NCBI GenBank assembly: GCA_951406725.2 | Contig: OX597814.1 | Coordinates: forward strand, 51,088,001-51,152,000 | Origin: Octopus vulgaris | Taxonomy: Eukaryota | Reading direction: 5' to 3' | DNA: 64,000 nucleotides | Shown here: positions 51,031-64,000 of the stretch, in pieces | Numbering within the stretch: position 1 is the stretch's first letter | Layout: each line of letters opens with the position of its first letter | Notes under the pieces: model-generated | What the model was told of the DNA's origin: nothing | Database searches by the model: none | The model's input: only the letters and a program-made list of their open reading frames with translations | Program-made: the position numbers and the translations under genes

Positions 51031-51807
51031 TATTTAGACTGAACAATATTTCTTATCGCCATCTAAATAAATCTTTAGTCCAGAAAGCCTGCTTATTTTC
51101 TTATGTCACTATTATATCAGCTAAAATGCAAAAATCTTTTATTGCCAAAATTAGTGATTTCAAATTTTGCTAACTGACACTGATTAGAACTCTCTGCAGC
51201 ATCTGTTTCTGAAACACATCTCCATTCCAAAGCTTTGGATCAAACATGAACAGTCCACCCATCTTGGGGATTTCATTTTTGTGTTCATGTCATCTTAGCT
51301 AACCTTTTCAAAAAAGCCTATTAGGTATATGACCTTAGATTTTAATTTTTGGAAAACAGGTTAAAATCATCACCATCATTATCATGCCTTCTTAAGTGGT
51401 TGGAATTTTCTGAAACGATTTTCTGTGGTTGATGCCCTTTGTCTTGCCAACCTTCACTTGTTTACATGCAAGGTATTATTTTTTCCTCATGGTTGGACAT
51501 GTTTTCACAGAAGATTGGAGGCAGATGACACCACTTGTATGACATCAATACATGTTTACAACTATTGCATAATCAGAGCAAGAAGACATACATATATAAT
51601 GGGCTTCACCTTGTTTGAATTTTATCAGTGTTTGCATGCAGACATTTACAGACCGTAACATTTTTGAAGATCATGAAATTGGTCTTGATTTGTTTTTCCA
51701 TCTTAATTTGGATTCTTAGTTTCTTAGGTCCCTTACAATGTAAAATATATTACATAAATTCTAGTTTTATTTTTCCATTTGACTAACTACATTTTCATTC
51801 TTTCCAG

Positions 51808-51949
51808 ATGGCCAAAAGTGTTAAGAGTAAACAAAAGGTAAAGATACGGAATGAAAAACGGAAACGCTACTATGTTCGAGAATTAAACAATTTGAAGAAA
51901 TTGGTTGAAGAACGAGAGGCTCGCAGGACTGTTGGAGATATTGTCAATT
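51808..51949 (+). CDS. LLPH: LLP homolog (learning-associated protein LAPS18/ApLLP family), coding exon 1
   Basis: tttccAG|ATG. MAKSVKSKQKVKIRNEKRKRYYVRELNNLKK matches the LLP N-terminal motif MAKS.RSK.KRK.R.EKR. Phase-1 donor GTAAAT. Confidence 0.9.
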
Positions 51950-52259
51950 GTAAATATGCCATTTTTACGATGATATAATGTTGATTAGTGTTATGTAGAT
52001 TTGAAATTAGTTTCAAGTATTCGATGGGTATTTATACATTCCTTTTTTCAAAATTTGTTTAAATCCATTTCACAAAGTTAACTAAAAGATTTCGCTATGC
52101 TTTATGGGAGCCAATGAGTTCTGGGTAAATTTTCCTGATGCTGTTGGTCATCCTGAATTTGGTATGAGGTGTCTGGGTGTCTGTTAAACCCTGCTGAAAC
52201 TACTTCTGGTTTTGAGACGAAACCTCTGAGTCATTACACCAGCATCTATAACATACACA

Positions 52260-52978
52260 CACTGGTTCACCTACACTTCTAAAACACTATCCATTCGCAG
52301 GATCCTTAATCTTCCAGACCCTTCTTCTCCATGCTGGCTGTCTTCTCTGGCATCCATTTAGCCCTGATCCTAAAGTTGCTAACTACTAATCTATGTTGTG
52401 GGGTGCATTCTTCACCTGGGAAGGTTTTGGCATTTATGTAATCAATTTGACTAGTGTGTCCACCAGATTGGTAGGTGACTAGGTGGCTGGCAGGTTTCCT
52501 AAAGTTAATATTACAAACCATAAGATCATGTGCATTGCAGAACTCCAGCAGCCTAGTCCCCTCCTCGTTGTGGGAACCAAAACCATAGCCTCCATGTTTC
52601 GTCTCAAAACCAGAAGTCCAACATGCCCATTGAAGTTGCTAGCTACAAAGAGAAGGTCCTTGTCATTTGTTGATGAGGTAGTCTGCAAGAGAGTGTCATA
52701 AAATCAGTCTTTCTGTTCATCAGGTAGCTCCAGCTGAGGGGCATAGGCCAAGGTAATGGTTGCTAAACCATGTTGCAGCACTAATCTAACCTTAAGTATT
52801 CTGTCACAGATTCTGACTACCTTGATTATGTTATCAACCCATTTCTCCACAAGAATTATACCCACGTCCCTGACTCCGTCAGTGTTCCCTGCCCAGAAAA
52901 TCTTATACCTATGTTCTTTGCCTGTGAGGAACCTGGCAGAACTTCCTCTCCACCTTACTTCTTGGATGCAGTCTCGAT
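52260..52978 (-). mobile_element. RTE LINE endonuclease fragment in LLPH intron
   Basis: CIQEVRW, AYAPQ, NFNGHVG, TYQSGG..SQIDY and QHRLVV apurinic-endonuclease motifs. Confidence 0.85.
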
Positions 52979-52982
52979 TTAA

Positions 52983-53199
52983 CCCTTTAGTGTTCAAATT
53001 ACTCTGCCAAGTGTAAAGCTTATTTATTCATATCATTTTGAATTAATCATGTATTGTCTCATACCTTTGAGATTTCAACGATATTGTCTGTTTTTAGGAA
53101 GACATTGTAGGGTAGGTGTGAGAGGCTAGACCTGGCTACCTTGAACTTAAAACAAAAAGCATATTTGGCTCGGATATGGCTGGTTTAAATGCTAAAGTG
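52983..53199. mobile_element. piggyBac-like MITE with TTAA TSD
   Basis: TTAA|CCCTTTAG ... CTAAAGTG|TTAA. A related end starts at ~13730. Confidence 0.7.
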
Positions 53200-53409
53200 T
53201 TAAATTTCTGATAATTAAATACAGTATTTTTGTAAGAACATTTTTATGTTTGAAGCACTAACTTAATAAAGACAAAGTTAGATATTTTACTAAATCTCTC
53301 CAGATTTTTGTTTTTGTATAAAATTTAAAGTTTGTTCTTTTTTTTTCTTTTAAATCAAAATTACCTTAATTATGCATGGGTTTAATTTTTAATCAACTTC
53401 TATTCCTAG

Positions 53410-53484
53410 GGAACAACACTCCAGAAGTTTTGGCGAAGCTAGATGGAAAACTAGAAACTGATGACAAAAAACTAAAAAAACCTT
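53410..53484 (+). CDS. LLPH: LLP homolog, coding exon 2
   Basis: ttcctAG|...|GTATGT, 75 nt, phase 1 to 1, WNNTPEVLAKLDGKLETDDKKLKKP with no stops. Confidence 0.78.
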
Positions 53485-53782
53485 GTATGTAACTGAATTT
53501 TTTGATTTTCATTCTGAATGCTAGTAGCTACATATTCTTCCTTGGAGAATTACATAATGATATTTGTTTATTTCCCATTGTATCATGTGTTGTATGTATG
53601 CATGCATGTATGTATATATGTGTGTGTTTGTGTATATGTATATATGTTTTATATATATATATATATATATTAAAAGTCAGGGTATAATATGCACCTGTTT
53701 GCTAGAAAGAAGAGTTAAAATTCTCCAAAGACACACATCTCTCACTATATGTAAACATGCATGGAGAATGTTGCAGATATAC

Positions 53783-54182
53783 TCTTTTACTTATTTCAGT
53801 CATTTGACTGTGGCCATGCTGGAGCACCGCCTTTAGTCGAGCAAATCGACCCCGGGACTTATTCTTTGTAAGCCCAGTACTTATTCTATCGGTCTTTTTT
53901 GCTGAACCGCTAAGTGACAGGGATGTAAACACACCAGCATCGGTTGTCAAGCAATGCTAGGGGAACAAACACAGACACACAAGCACACATATATATATAC
54001 GACAGGCTTCTTTCAGTTTCCGTCTACCAAATCCACTCACAAGGCATTGGTCGGCCCGGGGCTATAACAGAAGACACTTGCCCAAGATGCCACGCAGTGG
54101 GACTGAACCCGGAACCATATGGTTGGTTAGCAAGCTACTTACCACACAGCCACTCCTGTGCCTATAGCCACTCCTGCGCCTA
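53783..54182 (-). mobile_element. tRNA-derived SINE (antisense, LLPH intron) with short duplicated head
   Basis: Reverse complement of 49227-49620. Confidence 0.9.
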
Positions 54183-54469
54183 TTGTCCCATTTGTAAAAC
54201 TAGAAAGAGGAGAGTAGATATGCCAGTATCAATTGATTTCGCTTTCTTTGCCAAAGGCACTTAAAGCTCATCAGCTAGGCTTACTATGTAAACTATTTTA
54301 AAAAATATATTTACTATTCTGTGTGCATCTGTTCAGCTGAAGGCCTTGCAACTTCCAAACAAACATTAGCGAGCAAGTATAAATTCAACATATTTTGCCT
54401 ATTTGGTTATGTTTGCTGGCCACTTTATCATTATTTTTTTAAAAGATAATGATAACCTATTTGAATTAT

Positions 54470-55590
54470 ACCAGGTCAATAAGAATGAAATGTCCGATTT
54501 TGAACTGAAAGTTTATTTTACTTTATCTCAACAAAAAGCAATGCAGTTAATCAAAGTATGCACCTAAATTATCAACATAATTTTGCTATTTTATCGGTAG
54601 CTTATTCATGCCAGCAGTGAAGAATTCTGGAGAGCAAGAGGTGATGAAATCACGAAAGCTGTTTTTGCATCTTCTTCAGATTTGAAGTTTTTTCCTTGCA
54701 AAAAGTTGTCTAATACCTGGAAAACATGATAGTCAGTTGGTGCAAGGTCTGGTGAATATGGTGGATGACAGTATTTCCATGTTCAGTTCCTGTAACTTGA
54801 GTAACATTCTTTGTGTGACATATGGTTGAGCATTGTCTTGCAAGAGAATTTGTCTCTATTGACTAATCTTGGTTGTTTAATTGCAAGTTCACTCATCATT
54901 TCATCCAATTGGTCGATACATACATCTGCTGTAATTGACTTACCAGGTCTCATGAAGCTGTAGTGGATGACACCAGCACTGGACAACCAAACAGACACCA
55001 TTAGCTTTTTTTGGTGAATATTCTTTTTTGCATTGTGTGTTGTCACTTAGTTTTTTATCCAACCACCAGCAGAATGCTTGCTATTGTTGAAAAGAATCCA
55101 TTTTGCATCACATGTAACTATACAATGCAAAAGTGGTTTGCTTTTATACTGTGACAGCAAAGAACAGCAAGTTTCAAGACATGTCATTTGATGCTTGTTC
55201 AGTTTGTGTGGTATCCACTTGTCCAGCTTCTTTGCCTTGCTGATTTGTTTCAGATGGTCCAATACAGTTGGAATCAAAACATAAAACCTTGCTGCTAACT
55301 CATGCATAGTTTGAGATGTACCCACTTCCACTACAGTTTCCAGCTCATCATTATCTACCTTTGTCTTAGGTCTATCACGGGGGTGATTTTCAAGAGTAAA
55401 GTCACCAGACTGGAACTTCTCAACCCATCAACATACAGTGCACTCATTCTCCACATCTTCACCAAACACCTCATTGATGTTTCGAGCCATCTGGGATGCA
55501 TTGGTTCCATGACGGAGCTCATATTCATAAACAACACAAATTTTGATTTACAAGAGAAAACTCACATTATAATCAGATTCCATGAATTGC
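54470..55590 (-). mobile_element. Degenerate mariner (DD34D-type) transposon in LLPH intron
   Basis: WIPHKL, IVTCDAKWI, HQKKLMVSVW and PYSPDLAPTDYH motifs. Confidence 0.9.
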
Positions 55591-55604
55591 ATTTTGAAAA
55601 ATGA

Positions 55605-56025
55605 TTGTGTGATCGTTACCAGCGTTGCCTTACTGGCACTTGTGCCCATGCTAGTAGGGTGCGAAGAGCACCATTCGAGCGTGATCGTTGCCAGAGCAGC
55701 CAACTGGCTCCATGCCAGTGGCACGTAAAAGGGCACCATTCGAGCGTGATCATTAGCAACATTGCCTTACTGGCACCTGTGCCGGTGGCGTGTGTAAAAA
55801 GATTCGAGCAAGGTCATTGCCACTATCGCCTGAGTGGCCTCGTGCTGATGGAACATAAAAAGCACCCACTACACTCTTGGAGTGGTTGGCGTTAGGAAGG
55901 GCATCCAGCTGTAGAAACTCTGCTAGATCAAGATTGGAGCCTGGTGTGGCCGTCTGGTTCGCCTGCCCTCAGTCAAAATTGTCCAACCCATGCTAGCATG
56001 GAAATCGGATGTTAAATGATGATGT
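55605..56025 (+). mobile_element. RTE-family 3'-UTR fragment
   Basis: Family subrepeats and (GAT)n tail. Confidence 0.8.
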
Positions 56026-57994
56026 AACTCTTCAGTGTTGTGAAACAAAGAATTGTCAGGATAAAACAGAGCTAATGACTGTCAAACTAGGTGCTTAAGA
56101 AAATTGGACATTTCATTCTTAATGACCTGATACATGCACACACAAGGATGTATATATGCATATTTATATCTATATGTGTGTGTGTGTAATCTATGCTTAT
56201 CCCACCCCCCCACTTGACAACTGCTGCTGGTTTGTTTATACCCCATCTCTTAACTTTGCAGTTTGGCAAAAGAGACCAAGAGAATATGTACAGGGGTCTA
56301 TTTGCTCAACTAAACCTTTAAGTGTGCCCCAGGATGGCTGTAGTCAACTGAAACAATTAAAAGGACTGAAAGTAGGACTCTTGACAATTGCAATAACCAC
56401 TTTATTATACCTATATAATTCCAAATAATGATGGTTACTGAGAATGAAACAGTTTATTGTATATGTGTGTGTGTGGGATTGTGTCTCCTCGTTACACTGC
56501 ACACTAGTTTTAAACAAATGTCACTACATTGCTTGTTTGCAGTCTTTCATGAAACATATTGAACCATTGTGTTGTTCATGTTCAAAGGAGGACCAAGGGG
56601 AAATATTACCTCACTTGGCAATAAGAATAGCTTCCAGCCATAGAAAATCTCTCGACAAATTTCACCTAACCATGCAAGCATTGAAAAGTGGATGTTAAAA
56701 TTGTGATGATAAATATTAACTAAAATTTTTTGTAACACAGTACAACCATCAGTTTATCTACCAATATGTTTTACCTTTCTTCTATCAGTACTACAACCAA
56801 TCAGTAAAGATCTACAACAGCCATAAAATAGGAAAAAAGTGAGAGAGAGAGAGAGAATTTACTGAGGCTGGACCGTTTTGCTTAAAGTGATCAAGTTTCA
56901 ATTAAAATATTTCGAATCTTTTGTTACTGTTTCTAATAGCAACTTAATATAGTAAGTTGTTATATTACTAAACTCAGCTGTATTGGTGGTTGCTTTCAAA
57001 ATTAATTGAAAGATATAGACAGTTCATTTCTGTGAAGATTTTGAAACAAAAGGAATAATTTGATTGAACAAGCACTAGTTTTCTTAAGCCTCAAATATTG
57101 TTTTAATATGTAATGCAAGCAATATTTTAAAGAATATGTTGTGCCAGAAGGATAATGAAGGATTAGTAAAGACAAAGTTATTTTACTAAATCTTGCCAGA
57201 TTCTTCAGTAATTTCAGGATCAGTTAATTGGAATACAGGCAATGTTTCTCATTAAAAATATGGTCACAAAAGTATTAAATGCTGCAATACTCATAAGAGT
57301 TGGTACTTGGTGTGAAGCAGAGAAGATATATAAAAAATACCCTCTACAATAGAAAGATAACAAGCCTGCTATTTCAAATAACAAAGCTGGTATTTCCATG
57401 TAGGAATAAAGTTCTGTCAGAAAAGAAAAGTAAAGGCCCCAAGACAATTTTATACAGAAGGCCTTTGCATCACTGTTAATGTCTTCACTGTCTTTATGTC
57501 TGCTTTTTCCATGCTTACATTATTTTCTGTGCCTTTTCTATTCTAGTATTATTTCTAAGACAGTACTCTAAGGCCAGATGCCCTTCCTCACTCCACTCTT
57601 TGTTTTCAGATAAAGTACTTTATTCCGTCTTTGTTCATCAAACTGTTAAGTGGGACATTTAGTTTATGGAGTACATAAATAAAATGCCCCACTGCCCAAG
57701 TGGTGACAAAAACATGTGAAACTAAATCATAGGCAGACAATCAGACAAACACAACAAGCTTCTACCAAATTTCACTCATAAGGCATTGTCAGTCTAAAGC
57801 TATAGTAGAAGGCACTTTTTCATCAGAGGGATTGAAACTAAAAGCATTTGGTTATGAAGCAAACTTCTTAACCACTCAACCATGTCTGATTATATTTCTG
57901 TGGAATTTTTTGACTTGTAGATGTGAGAAATAAACTACAAAATTTGCCTGTTTATGAAGCTATTGTTTTATAAATTTTTGTAGTGTTGGTTGCT

Positions 57995-58987
57995 CTGAGA
58001 GTGTAGCAGCTGGCAACAAAGGGCCTCTCGCTCAGGATGAAAGGTACACTGTATGATGCATGTGTACGAACTTCCATGCTACAAGGCAGTGAAACATGGG
58101 CTGTGACTGCTGAGTAGATGCGTAGGCTTAAAAGAAATGAAGCTAGTATGATCTGCTGGATGTGTAATGTCAGTGTACATACATGACAGAGTATGAGTGC
58201 TCTGAGAGAAAAGTTGGGCATATGAAGCATCAAATGTGATGTGCACGAGAGATGACTGTGCTAGTATGGTCATGTGTTTCATATGGATGAGGACAGCTGT
58301 GTGAGGAAGTGCCACTCCCTAATTGTGGAAGGAACCTGTTGAAGAGGTAGACCCTGGAAGACATGGGATGAGGTGGTGAAGCATGATCTTCGAATATTGG
58401 GCTTCATAGAGGCAATGACAGGAGACCAAGACATTTGGAGATATGCTGTGCTTGAGAAGACTCAGCAACTAAAGTTAGATCGCATCCACGCTTGTCCAGC
58501 CCCATTAAGAGTACCCCTGATGCGTTGTGCTTGAGAAGACTTGTTGAGCCAAGTTAAACCAATATCATAGCTGTGGCTAGTGTCCCCTGACTGGCTCCCG
58601 TGCCAGTGGTACATAAAAAGCACCATCTGAATGTGGCCGATGCCAGTACCTCCTGATTGGCTCTCATGCTGGTGACACATAAAAGGCACCAACCAAACAT
58701 GGCCAATGCCAGTATCCCCTGACCGACCCCTGTGCCAGCGGCACGTAAAAAGCACTATCCAAACCTGATCAATGCCAGGCCCACCTGACTGGCTCCTGTA
58801 CCAATGGTATGTAAAAAGCACCAACTACACTCTCGGAGTGGGTGGCATTAGGAAGGGCATCTAGCTGTAGAAACATTGCCAGATCAGATTGGGGCCTGGT
58901 ACAGCTGCTGGCTCTCCAGACCTCAGTCAAACTGTCCAACCAATGCCAGCATGGAAAACGGACGTTAAACGATGATGATGATGATGA
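57995..58987 (+). mobile_element. RTE LINE 3' end in the last LLPH intron
   Basis: KGTLYDACVRTSML.GSETWA motif, subrepeat 3' UTR and (GAT)n tail. Confidence 0.88.
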
Positions 58988-59020
58988 AACTGCTTTAACT
59001 TATAATATTTCATCTTTCAG

Positions 59021-59190
59021 GTGAAGGAATGGACACTTGTGAGAAAGCACCAAAAGTTTATGGCAAAAATCTTAGAGACAAAGACGGAAACTATCCAGAA
59101 TGGATGAATAATAAGCAAAAACATAAACAAAAATTAAGAAACAAAAGGATGAAAGCAAGGAAAATGAAAAATAAAAAAAGAATTAAATAG
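59021..59190 (+). CDS. LLPH: LLP homolog, last coding exon (spliced protein 128 aa)
   Basis: tctttcAG| CEGMDTCEKAPKVYGKNLRDKDGNYPEWMNNKQKHKQK...RIK*. The 'L.D..G.YP.WMN.+Q' motif and basic tail are diagnostic of LLPH. Confidence 0.92.
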
Positions 59191-62100
59191 TTAAAAAAAT
59201 TTTTTGATGTAAATTAGTTTTTATTTGCTCTTTTGTGTCATCTAACTTTGTATTATTATTCATTGCATAAATATACCAGATTATTAATAACTTCCACATG
59301 ATTTAAGGGGCAAAAACAGAGAGAAAGAGACATGATTTTTTAACAATGTTGCTGTTAACTTGGGTGATGTTTTAAATTATCTAGAATATATTGAAACCAG
59401 TTTATAAGAGAAAATATATGGATTGTGAAGATGAGGTGGTCAAGTGATATTGTCTACTCCCTACTACAAACCACTCCAAAAATGAACTCCCTAGATTGGA
59501 AAAGCAATCAGTTTGAAACAATTTCCAGATTAGTATCCCAAATTATCTAAAATAATAATAATTTGGAAATGTGTAGACCATTCCAGACTAAATAAAACAG
59601 TAACAGTTTTGAACCAATAAGGTCACTCGGTCTGCTAGAAATAACAACCAAATTGCCCTCAAATTGCATTTATCTTTAAAAAATGGGGATGGTATTTGAA
59701 TAAGGTAGACTTAGTGTCATATTAAAAAAGATATGGTCTTTGTTGCAGCCTTTGATTTTATGTCTGCTCCTTCAAAGCTGACCTGGGGCTAAACAGCAAC
59801 ATATATTGCTTCAGTCTTTTTTCTTTTTACCATATTCTTGTTGGAATATATTTCAATTAATTTTTAAGATGATGAATTTAGTAAAATAACTTGGTTGTTA
59901 TTAAATAAATTAAGATGAAATTTTGATGGAAGGTTTTATTTAAATAATTTTAAAGCATGAATTTTGTATCACAGGACCAGGGTTGGTATCAAAAAGGTTA
60001 AATATTTTTTTTTTATAAATTTCATAACACTAGGTACAGACATGTCTACATGGTTAAGGATTTGCAACAAGAGTAACAATAGAAAATTGCTTCAATGAAT
60101 CTCTTCTAGTCTTTGCTGCATGGAAGAAGCAATAATAATAATTTGCATTAACTGTACACAGCAGCCTATGATTAAGATATCATTTTTGGTTAGGTCATTA
60201 TTTGTTTTATAGTCATATGAAAAAAAATGTTATGTCAAATTATTTAAATAATATAATTTAATAAGGTTATTTTAATGCATTCATCTGCAGAATTTCTAAG
60301 GACACAGTATTCTGTACAAAAGGTCTATTTCTCATTCTTCATTTTTGCCACCATGCTAGGTCCATTTGAATTTCTTACTGTGGACATAGCTCATAATTAT
60401 AATTTAGTTATTGAAAAGTAAAGTAGAAAATTAATTCATTCTCACATTTGTTAGGGTTTAATTCAAAACTTTCCAGCTTCTGTTACATATACAGAAGGTA
60501 ACAATGTGTAGATGTACATCTTTACACTTACACATACAGGTAGATATATAATCATCAACATACTGATCTATTATTATATACATAAATATATATGCAGTTG
60601 TGTTACTATAAAGAATGTATCAGAACTTCATCTCATCCAAACAGATACTCTTTCAAATCAATTGTGTGACGACTTGGCTACTTTCCTAACTCAATCTATA
60701 TCTTCCTAGTTGTTCTTTCTAGAACATTTCCTTTGCCCTTATAGCAGTTAGTTATACCTATATGTCAATAAAAGAATCTGTAATTATATCAGATTTTTTT
60801 CTGTTAATGAAATCTCTCATAAGGCTTTGGTCAGCCATGGGGCTATTGTAGAAGACACTTGCCCATGGTGCAGTACAATGGAACTGAACAACTTGATATC
60901 ACTTGGTTATGGAACAAACGTCTCTATTACACAATTATCCCTTGTACAAGCAACATGGGCAAATGGCTATGAAGTTTAGCCTCAGACTAATCCAAGCTTT
61001 ATGGGTAGGATTAAACAGAAATTATAGAAGCTTGTCAGATAGATTGCACTTGTAATTCATAGGACAACCTTGTTGCACACTGTCGGGTCAATTCTACCTG
61101 AGAATTGCATTAAGGATATATGTGTTTACGGAATACTCTTCCACTAATTTACTTAATCTAACAGCTGAATGTTAAATCAATCATAAAATTATAGTCTATT
61201 CAAGATTTATCCTGTAATTGACTGATTATAACTGACTGAAATGGAGGGGCCTGTGTTATTTATAAGGTTAGGAGAGCATTAGAAGTTTTTGGGTAGATGT
61301 TTATTGTATTTCACAATTTAAGATATAAGGAGGGATGTGAAACTGGAAAATACCTCGTTTTTAGACTTGGAAAGTATCTGAAAATGTATATTGTTCCTTC
61401 TATTTAGGATGGTGTTTGTACATCTGAACATAACAACTAACCTGAATATAAACAAGCACAGGTGTTTTAATTTAATAGGTGAAAATAGCTTGAATTTTTT
61501 TTTATTATAGCTTTTGTGCTTATGCTTCATTTATAGTTCACTAGCTGGATCTAATAAAATGAGGACAGCAGCATATAATTTTCAGCAGTCAGCATGCCAA
61601 ATTTATGATTTTAAAGCAGAAGTTTTTACTTATTTTACATCTGCTTTCTATGCTAGCATGTGTTTGATGGGTTTTCACAGTCCAAGTTAGTTTTATAAGG
61701 GAGTCACTGCCCTTATAGACAAGCAAAGGGTTATGTATTTCATTTTTGATTTCTACAACTGGATAGCTTTCCTTTCAGCAACCAATTTGCACTGTACCAG
61801 GTGCATTTTATCATAGCACCAAAATTAGAGGGATTATATTCTCAGCATGACAGGACTAGAACCTTTTGACCCAATACTTTCTCTGCTTCTTCACTAACCA
61901 CTTCACAGAGTCTGCTGGATACATTTTATTGTAACACCAGCACAAAAGGGTTGCTATGTACTCCACAAAAGTACAGTGTATTCATTACACTAAGATGTGT
62001 GTTTGCTTAAGACAATGTGACCAAGGTGTACAAGAAGAAGTGATGACCAAAGAAAAGCCAAGATGGGCAGATGAAGGGAACAAGAACATGATGGTAGAAA

Positions 62101-62214
62101 CAGAGACAATGGAGTGGTAACTGATGGAGTTTTATATTTAAAAAAGTGAAAATATTTTTAATTTAACAACAGCAAATCAATAATTATGTTTTGATAGAAT
62201 TAAAGAATATATTA

Positions 62215-62770
62215 GTTATATTAAATCTCTGAGCGAGATGTAAACAGTAGCAATACAGAAACGTGACATATAACGGCCAATCAACTGTGGCATCCCGCAC
62301 AGGACAGTGCTACTGATGTTTATAGCCCCAGGAAGACATCTCTTCTAGCTGGCTAATAATATGCATTCTGTGTCCGATTAGTATTTGTGAGTGAATGTCA
62401 TTGCTCCCATCCCTAGCCTTATGTGGACTCTAGTTTCTGGGTGGTTATCCGTCCTCAGTGTGTGTTAATCGCCAGCTAGTGATGAACACTCACCTCACTT
62501 GCAAAATACTATGCTTTTTCCATGAACCATCACTGATCTTAAAAAAGGAGAAATAAGCTATATTAAATCTCTGCGCGAGATGGAAACAGTAGCAATACAG
62601 TATTGTAACATGATAATTGCCAACCAAGTGTAGCGTCCCACACAGGACAGTGCTTGAAGCCCAGGAAGACATTGTTAGCCAGCTGGAAGAGATGTCTTCC
62701 TGGGGCTATAAACGTCAGTAGCACTGTCCTGTGTGGGACGCCACACTTGGTTGGCAATTATATGTTACGA
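62215..62770. mobile_element. Second retrozyme/Penelope-type non-autonomous element (342-bp unit, tandem + inverted)
   Basis: Unit restarts at 62221/62563, and ~62671-62769 is an inverted copy. Shares blocks with the 5465-6361 element. Minus-strand hammerhead core at 62421-62463. Confidence 0.7.
62421..62463 (-). ncRNA. Hammerhead ribozyme-like motif with canonical core and CpG-decayed stems
   Basis: acaca-CTGAGGA-cggataaccaccca-GAAA-ctagag-TC-cacat, with a GUC cleavage triplet. Confidence 0.55.
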
Positions 62771-63779
62771 AAGACCATATTATATCCAATGAGAACTTTT
62801 CAAATACTTGACCACCATGCACATATGTATGATTGTGCCATTTTCACTCAAATGCTTTCAAATAACTATAATTGTTCTTGTGTACCAATCACCTGCTTCA
62901 GTTATTTTCTTGACCTTAGACCAACCACTTCAGCTATCTTGCATGACAAAATTCTTACTGTGGATCACAATGTAATTGTTATTTTATGCCTACTTTTCCA
63001 TGCTGGCATGGATTTGATGGGTTATCACTGGCCAAGCCTGTTCTTATTTGGAGTTACTACCCTCCTGAGTCAGGGGCCATGTCTTGCTTATACATTTCAT
63101 TTTTGGGTTGGTTTCCATCATAGATGCCTAACCTGTCACCAACTACTTTTCAGAGTGTAGTGCATGCATTTTATCATGGCACACAGGCACTTAAAAGGTT
63201 GGTCTTATCCCCAGAAACTCTAAAGAATCATCTCTACCTTAGGCTGTCTTTGTTCACTTATTCACCAGCACAAAAAAACTGACTCAGTTTTCAGTTGATC
63301 AAAGAGTATGAGTTAGAGGGTGATAGTGGAAAGAGTGAAAGAAGCAAGTGGGGGGGGGGGTTAAAGGAAGAACGTGATGGACAGCTACATGCTGTTTGTT
63401 GGTAAGAGCTTTGAATAGAAATAGCAAGAGTAGTGTGGCGAGGGAAAGGAGTAAGTTATGTAATAGAACAAGAAGTACTGAAAGTGACAGAGTAATAGAT
63501 ACAAACCATGAGTGAGAGGGAAAGAAATAGTGATTGAATACATAATCCCATGTGCAACCATTCTTTGTTAAACAGTAGGAGAGAGAGGGGGTGTAGTAAG
63601 GAGTTATACTGATAGGGAGGGGTGAGTATAAACAAAGGGAGAGTAGAATATGATCTTAATGTGAGTGTAATAGTGGAGATGAACCTAAATGTAGATACTA
63701 TATATCACAATCTCCATCCCACCACCACCATTTTTACACTCATGTTTCCATACTTTTATAAGTTGTGTGGGGCATTTCC

Positions 63780-63970
63780 TGCACTGCACTTTACCATGAA
63801 TCAGTAATTTGTCATCTTTGTCATGAGGTTCATTCTCTTGAGATCATCTATCATCACTTCTTCATCCTGTCTTTATTGGTGTCCTCATCCACTTGAAGTG
63901 CTTGGCACTTCTATATACAACTACACTTCACATGCTTATAAAAGCAGAGTCTTATTTCTAGCACAACAGC
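63780..63970 (-). mobile_element. Highly degenerate RTE 3' fragment
   Basis: Weak similarity to the C-terminal RTE segments elsewhere in the window. Confidence 0.35.
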
Positions 63971-64000
63971 TGATTCCTCTTATATCGAGTTTTTTCTCTC

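Overview
This window is AT-rich, repeat-dense animal genomic DNA. The SINE, RTE and Penelope repeat landscape and the microsatellites suggest a coleoid cephalopod, probably Octopus (inference). It holds two spliced host genes. (1) An interferon regulatory factor (IRF) gene on the minus strand: DNA-binding-domain exons at 8370-8534 and 5184-5352, candidate micro-exons at 3957-3991 and 3072-3111, a 3' part that probably runs off the left edge, and a candidate first exon/promoter near 27.45-27.65 kb with adjacent ISRE and GAS motifs. (2) A complete three-exon LLP-homolog gene (LLPH/LAPS18 family, 128 aa) on the plus strand at 51808-59190. The rest is mostly transposons: two Gypsy LTR elements (one near-intact CsRN1-clade copy with LTRs, TSD, PBS and PPT), degenerate hAT, Tc1, mariner, RTE and Penelope copies, non-autonomous Helitrons, MITEs (two with TTAGGG arrays) and tRNA-derived SINEs. 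The most notable observation is a set of at least seven minimal type-I hammerhead-ribozyme-like motifs in Penelope-type repeats. These include two related ~350-bp tandem+inverted, retrozyme-like elements, and several motifs have non-canonical catalytic cores. All alignments and folds were done by eye.
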